Positions 9,965 to 17,135 of a stretch of 17,135 nucleotides of DNA are shown here, in pieces. Position 1 is the first letter of the stretch. Every line of letters begins with the position of its first letter. This stretch comes from Octopus sinensis (lineage: Eukaryota). The DNA is taken from NCBI RefSeq assembly GCF_006345805.1, contig NW_021824876.1:1-17135 (forward strand), in the 5' to 3' direction. Both the position numbers and the translations under genes were made by a program. Below the pieces are notes generated by a model. The model was not told where the DNA came from and searched no databases. It worked only from the letters and a program-made list of their open reading frames with translations.

Positions 9965-10105
9965 ATCTACAGGGAAACAAAAGACAAAGACAAGTGTATG
10001 AACAACAAACAGGTGTATTAGTTTGACGCTCGGGAAAGTCATAAAGTCTTTTACGTTTCGGGATTAGGCTCTTCAACAGAAAGGAATATGAGGAAATAAA
10101 CAGTG
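9965..10105 (-). mobile_element. Penelope-like element terminal-repeat (pLTR)-type fragment
   Basis: Carries TGAAGAGC...CGAAACGT, the signature I associate with PLE terminal repeats. Non-coding and flanked by (GATA)/(GA) microsatellites. Confidence 0.5.
10046..10084 (-). ncRNA. Degenerate minimal type I hammerhead ribozyme-like motif
   Basis: CTTT-CTGTTGA-A-GAGC(CTAA)TCCC-GAAAC-GTA-AAAG: 4-bp stem I, palindromic ACGT in place of stem III. The core has A6->T and stem II is mismatched. Confidence 0.35.
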
Positions 10106-10141
10106 AGACAGAGAGAGAGAGAGATACATACATACATACAT

Positions 10142-10661
10142 GGTGGCTGCTCCCTCGTTATCGAGTATGGCCACTGCACGAAGCTTAATCAATGTTGTTA
10201 TCGTGCAATGCCTGTGCAAGAAGATTATTTTTAAAGTGAGGAAAGGCTATGCACTGAGTCAATCCCACTCACTAAGCAACAGCAGCCATAATCCGAAAAG
10301 AAGAACAAGTCAACATCATCGGTTACCACTGAGCCGCAGGTTTTATGTCGGGGTTAACCCAGTTACATGAGTTACCTTCTCTTAGAAGGATGCCCTAACA
10401 AAGGCTAGGAGTCCTTCACTCCCAATGGTTTAACGTACCCGCGCATGATACAACCTTAAGACATTTATTGGATGGCCGTTGACTCTCAAGGGTTCCTCCG
10501 CCCTTTGACGAGTTTTGTTTTGCAGTCCGCAGGGTGTCCAATAAACACCCTCCACGCCAAGCAAGCTTGGTGGGGATGCCGGTTTAGTCGCCGACGACCC
10601 GACCATGCAACAGGTTGTACTGGGTTACATGTTACCAGTAGCACTCAAAAGTGACCTGACA

Positions 10662-10662
<1 letters not shown>
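10142..10662 (-). mobile_element. 521-bp non-coding insert in a (TACA)n tract; putative non-autonomous RTE-related retroposon
   Basis: Complex, more GC-rich block with sharp ends and (TACA)n on both sides. Multiple hairpins and an HDV-ribozyme-like 5' end. No tRNA head and no recognisable ORF. Confidence 0.6.
10576..10662 (-). ncRNA. Partial HDV-like ribozyme fold (P2, P3, L3, GG, P4, J4/2)
   Basis: ATGTC(A)GGT pairs with ACCGGCAT (P2). CAC-TTTTGA-GTG forms P3/L3, followed by CTACT-GG. CATGTAAC pairs with GTTGCATG (P4), and CTAA precedes P2'. The 5' strand of P1 was not found. Confidence 0.4.
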
Positions 10663-10692
<30 letters not shown>

Positions 10693-10740
10693 CATACATA
10701 CATACATACATACATACATACATACATACACACATATATA
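10663..10740. repeat. (TACA)n microsatellite
   Basis: Direct reading of the sequence. Confidence 0.95.
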
Positions 10741-10743
10741 CAA

Positions 10744-11118
10744 CGAGGCGCAATAACCCATTGGCTAGAGCAGCGGACTCGCGGTCGTAGGATTGCGCTT
10801 TCGATTCCCAGACCGGGCGTTGTGAGTGCTTTTCGAGCGAAAACACCTAAAGCTCCACAAGGCTCCGGCAGGACGTGGTGGCGAACCCTGCTGTAATCTT
10901 TCGCCACAACTTTCTCTAACTCTTTTGTTCCTGTTTCTATCGTACCCGTATTTCGAAGGGATAGCCTTGTCACACTCTGTATCACGCTAAATCTCACCGA
11001 AAACTACGTTAAGGGCACACGTATTTGTGGAGTGCTCAGCCACTTACATGTTAATTTCACGAGCAGGCTGTTCTTTTGATCGCATCAACTGGAACCTCGT
11101 CGTCGCAACCGACGGAGC
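10744..11118 (+). mobile_element. tRNA-derived SINE family S2a (OR1/OR2-like), full length
   Basis: End-to-end collinear with 14289-14665: GAGGCGCAAT...CGATTCCCAGACCGGGCG...TTAATTTCACGAGCAGGCTGTT...ACCGACGGAG. Confidence 0.9.
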
Positions 11119-11225
11119 CCCCCCCCATATATATAATATATATATATATAATATATATATATATCTATATATATATATATATTATATATATATATATATT
11201 ATATTATATACGGTAAAGGATAATA

Positions 11226-11540
11226 CCTCCGCTTCGGTTATGAATGACCCTGGGATTGCACCTAAAAGGTTCCCTTCCGAGGCGCAAGTCCAGGCAAGGC
11301 TGGTTTTATGAAAGACCAGCAGTCGTCCATGCATACAAGTTTACCCCTCTCCACTCCATCGATGTTATCCAAGGGAAACAGCTTGGCACCAGTGACGCTG
11401 CAACTCCTTTCTAGAGATGAGTGAACTGGAGCAATGTGAAATAAAGTGTCTTGCTCAAGAACACAGCATACAGTCCAGGAATCAAACTCACTACCTCATG
11501 ATTTTGACCCTGACGTTGAAATCACTGTGGCATGTGCCTT
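11226..11540 (-). mobile_element. tRNA-derived SINE family S4
   Basis: Minus strand AGGCACATGCCACAGTG...GAGTTTGATTCCTGG (B-box-like), then TGTTCTTGAGCAAGACACTTTATTTCACATTGCTCCAG (CORE/V-domain-like), with a body ending ...CATTCATAACCGAAG. A related head lies at ~13205-13335. Confidence 0.75.
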
Positions 11541-12451
11541 CACATATACGCATACATATTTATATATGCGCCTGTGTGTGTGTGTGTGTGTGTGTTGAGT
11601 ATGTAGACATATATATATATGTATATATATTTTTTATCATAAAGAAAAGGTCTTCTTCAAAAAACAAAATCTCTCGAAAATGAAAAGCTCTCCGCACCTC
11701 CATGTCCCTTCCGACAAAACAATATATATGTGTATATATATACGCGCACGGGCGCACATCGCTCGATGCATTGTCGAACGTATGATAATGAAGTAACTTG
11801 AAGCTACTCTCTGAGGTGAGGTCAAGCGACCAGTTTGGTTCAAGACTACCACAAACTGGCTGGGTCACTATAAAGAAATAATGATAGACAGGACGAGGTG
11901 AAGATCTCGGAACCATTGGTTACCGACCTATCACTCGTCTATTTCAATAATGCTTCTGCTGCTAGCATAAGTCCCCGATATTTCTAGCACGTAACTATTG
12001 GTCATAAACGAAACCAGATAACACTTCCGGTTAAAACTGAATACAATAGAAAATATGAGATTCACGTCAGCGCCAATAAATTGTAATAAACGTTATTATA
12101 ATCTCATATATCAACTGCATGAGTTTTCACTAAAAATTCTTTATTGGCATCAAACCGTTGTTGTTGTTATTGTCACACGACAGACTGCAAATAATCCGAG
12201 CAATTTATTTGGACAGCCTTAGAAGAGTTCAAAGGGCGCAGTGCCAATCAAAGCGTATTTTCATACAAAAATTATCTGAGTGTAAATGTTACAAACAGAG
12301 ACAAAATATCAATTTAAATAAATTTGGTAACAAGGTTTGATCTATAATTGATGAATCTGTTTATCATCCTTCTTGAAACTGCCAAATCTCCATCAACTTG
12401 TCAGGTAATTGTCAATTTATCTATAACTATTAACATATTTAGCCGTCTAGT

Positions 12452-12452
12452 G

Positions 12453-12484
<32 letters not shown>

Positions 12485-12588
12485 GTATGTATATTTATAC
12501 ATACATACATACATACATACACATATCTATATATTTAAATACATACATAAATTCTGATTTATCTGCGGGCTATTACCTTGTGTGTGTA

Positions 12589-12632
<44 letters not shown>

Positions 12633-12732
12633 TTTTTCAATTCTCTCTGTGTTACCTATTTATCGCGCCTGTCGTTTATCCCTACATATCAGTCTTGTCC
12701 AATATATGCATGTATGTGTATGTATATATATG

Positions 12733-12794
<62 letters not shown>

Positions 12795-12900
12795 CATACA
12801 CACGTCCACAGACATATATTTATATGCATGTGTGTGTGTGAATGTGTTTATGGGGCATGTGTGCATCTCTATGTGTGTGTAAGTACGCACGTATGTATGC
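12452..12900. repeat. Compound (TA)n/(TACA)n/(TG)n microsatellite field
   Basis: Direct reading of the sequence. Confidence 0.9.
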
Positions 12901-12990
12901 TTGTATAACATTATGTGTAACAGCCAGACATATAGATAGGTACGTAGGCAGACAGAGCGTATTTATGTAGCGATATATATTGGGAAGAGA

Positions 12991-13129
<139 letters not shown>

Positions 13130-13204
13130 CCATCCAAGCACCAAACTGACTTATATACAACCGGAAATTTTAAGCCACCCTGCACATACCCTAAAACCCG
13201 GTAA

Positions 13205-13335
13205 CATAAGGCTGTTGTACGTAGCTCACGATCATAATGTCGTGGGTTCAATTCCGGAATGGGCAGGACGCTGTATCTTTGGGTAGGAATTTCACTTTAC
13301 TTTGTTTTCAGTTTAGTCCCCTGTAATTCGTATAG
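13205..13335 (+). mobile_element. Degenerate S4-like SINE head
   Basis: GCTCACGATCATAATGTCGTGGGTTCAATTCCGG (B-box) followed by a decayed ..CTTTGGGTAGGAATTTCACTTTACTTTG core. Confidence 0.5.
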
Positions 13336-13424
13336 GGGGATGTTACTGTAGACTTCTCTCTTCCTTCAGCTGTCACATTACACACACAGACACTCACACA
13401 CACACACGCATATATATATATATA

Positions 13425-13808
13425 TACTCTTTACTATTTTACTTGTTTCAGTCATTTGACTGCGGCCATGCTGTGGCACCGCCTTTAATCGAGCAACTCG
13501 ACCCCGTGACTTATTCTTTATAAGCCCAGTACTTATTCTATCGATCTCTTTTGCCGAACCGCTAAGTGACGGGGACATAAACACATTGTCAAAGAATGCT
13601 AGAGGGACAAACACAGACACACAAACACACACACATACATATATACGACGAGCTTCTTTCAGTTTCCGTCTACCAAATCCACTCACAAGGCTTTGGTCGG
13701 CCCGGGGCTATAGCAGAAGACACTTGCCCAAGATGCCACGCAGTGGGACTGAACCCGGAAGCATGTGGTTGGTAAGCAAGCTACTACCACACAGCCACTC
13801 CTGCGCCT
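13425..13808 (-). mobile_element. SINE family S1, full length, best-preserved copy
   Basis: Head AGGCGCAGGAGTGGCTGTGTGGTAGTAG...CCGGGTTCAGTCCCACTG (A/B-box-like), internal (TA)(TG) tract, and tail ...GGCGGTGCCACAGCATGGCCGCAGTCAAATGACTGAAACAAGTAAA. Confidence 0.9.
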
Positions 13809-13824
13809 ATATATATATAATATA

Positions 13825-13856
<32 letters not shown>

Positions 13857-13872
13857 TCGTTATATTTATATT

Positions 13873-14130
13873 ATCCTTTTACTTGTTTCAGTCATTTGAC
13901 TGGGGCCATGCTGGAGCACCGCTTTTAAGGGTTTTAGTCGAATGAATTGATCCCAAGACATTTTTAAAGCCGAACTGCTAGGCTACGGGGACATAAACAC
14001 ACCAACACCAGTTGTCAAGTGGCGATGAGGATGGGGACAAACACAGACACGACGACATAAACACATACATATACATATATATCATACAACTTCGCTCTAC
14101 CAAATCCAGTCACAAAGCTTTGGTCGGCCC
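13873..14130 (-). mobile_element. SINE family S1, head-truncated and internally deleted
   Basis: TTTTACTTGTTTCAGTCATTTGACTG.GGCCATGCTG is shared with 13437-13472, and the copy is collinear through CTACCAAATCC..CACAA.GCTTTGGTCGGCCC. Confidence 0.85.
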
Positions 14131-14286
14131 TCGCTACAAAGCATTTCCCCCTCCATCTTTTGAAGAGGTCTTAGGTCTGGGGTTACGCTAAGCCTCTTAT
14201 GAGTGAGAAACCCAGGGTAACCTGATAAACTGGACTCCTCCATTATAATATTAACTGCTCTACATCTTAGAGTGTACTTCTCCTCC

Positions 14287-14670
14287 GTGGAGGCGCAATG
14301 GTCCAGTGGTTAGGGCAGCGGACTCGCGGTCGTAGGATCGCGGTTTCGATTCCCAGACCGGGCGTTGTGAGTGTTTATTGAGCGAAAACACCTAAAGCTC
14401 CACGAGGCTCTGACAGGGATGGTGGTGATCCCTGCTGTACTCTTTCATCACAACTTTCTCTCACTCTTACTTCCTGTTTCTGTTGTACCTGTATTTCAAG
14501 GGGCCGGCCTTGTCACTCTCTGTGTCACGCTGAATATCTGCGAGAACTACGTTTAAGGGTACACGTGTCTGTGGAGTGCTCAGCCACTTACACGTTAATT
14601 TCACGAGCAGGCTGTTCCGTTGATCGGATCAACCGGAACCCTCATCGTCGTAACCGACGGAGTGCTTCCC
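14287..14670 (+). mobile_element. tRNA-derived SINE family S2a with an 11-bp target-site duplication
   Basis: A-box TGGTCCAGTGG and B-box GGTTTCGATTCC. Identical ACTTCTCCTCC at 14276-14286 and 14671-14681. Confidence 0.92.
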
Positions 14671-14689
14671 ACTTCTCCTCCCGATTTAT

Positions 14690-15100
14690 TTATTTCTACA
14701 AACGACTCGTTTACGCTCGCACCATTTCTGTGTTCTTCCAAGACCGCACTTCCCGCGCAATTTTCAGTGAACACACTTAGCTACATTATCATGCCCCCTT
14801 TTGCATTCCTTTGGGACCAGTTACAATCTATGAGATTGCTTTGTTTTTACTGTCACACATCCTGCAAAGGGGCGATTCACTGCTCATATCGATTTGGAAC
14901 TTGGCGTAATTAGTTTTCAGAGCTTGTTCCTGAGCGTTGCATATCGACACCACGGTGCATCCATTCGGATCACATTTCCTTAGCTACCTCCAAATGTTGG
15001 TCTTGTCTTTCCCTTCGATCTCTATCCATGAATAGTTTTCATTTTGCAATAGTTTGCGCTTTCTTCTTCATTTTCTTTCTTAAATGTATTTGGGTGTGTC
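14690..15100 (-). mobile_element. R4/Dong/Rex6-like (restriction-like-endonuclease class) non-LTR relic covering the CCHC zinc-knuckle region
   Basis: Translates, with stops and shifts, KTIHG*..EGKDKTNIWR*LRKCD..CNAQEQALKTNYAKFQIDMSSESPLCRMC..IS*IVTG../HDNVAKCVH*KL..KCGLGRTQKW. This matches the MHGQ..W.WL..AAQEQAL.TN..P.CR.C..H..C..RHD.VA..HW pattern. Confidence 0.8.
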
Positions 15101-15161
15101 ATATTTTCGTAAGTGACCATGCTGCTATTTCTAACAGCAACGTACAAATATTGAATCTGCT

Positions 15162-15257
<96 letters not shown>

Positions 15258-15385
15258 GTAATAGTAGTAGTAGTAGTAGTAGTTGTAGTAATAGCAGCAG
15301 TAGCAGTAGCAGCAGCAGTAGTAGCAGTAGTAGTAGTAGTAGTAGTGGTAGTGGTAGTGGTAGTGGTAGTGGTAGTAGTAGTAAT

Positions 15386-15460
<75 letters not shown>
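15162..15460. repeat. About 300-bp compound trinucleotide repeat (TAG/CAG/TGG/TAA units)
   Basis: Direct reading of the sequence. Confidence 0.95.
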
Positions 15461-15461
<1 letters not shown>

Positions 15462-15474
15462 AAGCCTGCTATCG

Positions 15475-15600
15475 CGGACTGGTACTTTACTTCTCCGCCG
15501 ACTCCGGAATGATGAAAGGCCGCATTGGACATGACGGGATTTGAACCTGGACCGCAAAGCTGTTTCGACTTCTTCTCAAACGATTCTGCACATCGCTACT
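15475..15600 (-). mobile_element. SINE family S3, degenerate
   Basis: Plus strand CTGGTACTT..GGAATGATGAAAGG..GGGATTTGAACC..AACGATTCTGC is the reverse complement of the S3 core, B-box and A-box. Confidence 0.55.
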
Positions 15601-15669
15601 TACGGTATACATTTACAAATACTAAGAACATCTACACCTGTGCTTGGGTGTATGTGTGGAAACATAATA

Positions 15670-15688
15670 CGCATATATATATTATATC

Positions 15689-15752
<64 letters not shown>

Positions 15753-15820
15753 TCGCATACATATACAAATATATACAATATGTATATATATGTATATATA
15801 TCATATATATGTATGTATGT
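15670..15820. repeat. (TA)n microsatellite
   Basis: Direct reading of the sequence. Confidence 0.9.
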
Positions 15821-16649
15821 AGCTTTTGAATGTTCTTTTTTCTTCTTGCTGCTTGTTTTACGAGAGCAGATAGGAAACATATTATATAAGACATGAAAGA
15901 AAGGAAGTTTCAAATTAACGTCACAGAACTGTATTCGTCTCATAAAATCCGTGAATTCATAAAGTGAACTTAATGTTCGAACGAAATTCAATATATTAAT
16001 AAACTTCTTATTAATAAGAAATATTATTGATAAGCTTTCTTTAACATCTACGTAATATAGACCTCGTTTCTTCATACATACGAGTACAATTTCTAAAAAT
16101 GCACCCGACTACGTTGTTTCGGGTCTTTTTTGATTGCATAATATAACGTATAACAAAACTAGTTTCTATCTTTTTATTTCAGTATATCACCGCCATTTTA
16201 TATTTTACATGTTGTTCTTTTTTCTTCAATATCTTTTTCTTCAATATCTTTTTCAAGTTGCACCATCATTCTGCTAACTTTCCTCTCGTTTCTAATATTA
16301 TTTAGAGTGGCATTTTTTATTTTCCATTTTGTTATTTAGTTTTTGTTTGATTTTTCAAATACACGTAACTCTTATTTTTTCTCGTTCTTTTCAACCTTGT
16401 TAAAAATTTGGTTCTCTATTTTGTTTTTACATTTTCTTGCTTTTGTAATTTTTGTTGTGTTTTTTTTTATGTTCCAGTCTTTTCTCTTTGGTTGGTTGAT
16501 TAAGTTTGTTTTTGTTTACGTTTTGTTGTTTTCTTTCCTGCTTCTTATCACCAATTTGTGATATTTGTTATTTGTAAATTTTGTACTAACAAAACTCACC
16601 GCTAATTACTATTGGCATTTTCGCGTTTATTTAAGTTTGTATTGCTTAC

Positions 16650-16768
16650 ATATGCATATACATACATACATCATACATACATATATCTATATATATATAT
16701 ATATAATATATAATATATATATACATATATATACATGTATATATTGGATATTTAATATAAATGTATAA

Positions 16769-16808
<40 letters not shown>

Positions 16809-16945
16809 TTATACATATATATAAATATATATATACGATATATAGATATGTATGTGAAATGTATATATAGAGAGATATATAGATATATATAAATGTATAA
16901 CATATATATATTATATATATATATATATATAATATGTATACATAT

Positions 16946-16981
<36 letters not shown>

Positions 16982-17070
16982 TGTATAACATATATATATA
17001 TATCATATATATATATATATATATATAACACCATGTATCTGTCGATATATATGTGTGGTGTATGTATATA
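16650..17070. repeat. Degenerate (TA)n field
   Basis: Direct reading of the sequence. Confidence 0.9.
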
Positions 17071-17135
17071 TGTGTTGTCATTATGATATCTTTCTTACAA
17101 ACGTGAATTTTGATACGTAAGCGGTTCAATAGCTG

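Noticed and set aside
11740-11867. Good minus-strand acceptor (TTATTTCTTTATAG|) opening a phase-1 frame, TQPVCGSLEPNW...
   Set aside because: No convincing donor before the frame enters a microsatellite, and no homology recognised.
11988-12085. FN3-like peptide ITLPVKTEYNRKYEIHVSANKL on the plus strand
   Set aside because: Only ~32 codons bounded by stops, with a weak donor; consistent with chance.
6400-12410. Isolated strong plus-strand donors (6405 CAG|GTATGT, 11815 GAG|GTGAGG, 12404 CAG|GTAATT)
   Set aside because: No matching acceptor with a supported open frame; several such sites are expected by chance in 17 kb.
14289-14365. tRNA-like sequences here and at 1052 and 10744
   Set aside because: They have A/B boxes but no clean cloverleaf, and they continue into SINE bodies, so they are not tRNA genes.

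Overview
Repeat-dense, AT-rich eukaryotic DNA, inferred to be cephalopod (most likely Octopus) from my recognition of its SINE families and its extreme microsatellite load. No intact gene can be demonstrated, and most supplied ORFs are microsatellite or SINE read-through artefacts. The window holds three decayed non-LTR retrotransposons on the minus strand: an internally deleted RTE (~3529-5160), the 3' end of a CR1/L2-group LINE (~8833-9566) and an R4/Dong-like relic (~14690-15100). It also has many copies of at least four tRNA-headed SINE families (my labels S1-S4), a Penelope-like terminal-repeat fragment and a 521-bp non-coding insert in a (TACA)n tract. The most interesting signals are: (i) an HDV-like ribozyme architecture at the 5' end of the 521-bp insert; (ii) a degenerate minimal hammerhead motif ~500 bp away; (iii) a 399-nt phase 1-1, Cys-rich candidate exon at 7391-7789 (-) with no recognisable homology; (iv) a SINE 3' tail resembling the resident LINE 3' UTR; and (v) a ~47-bp local duplication at that LINE's 5' junction. 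All family assignments come from motif recognition without database searches.
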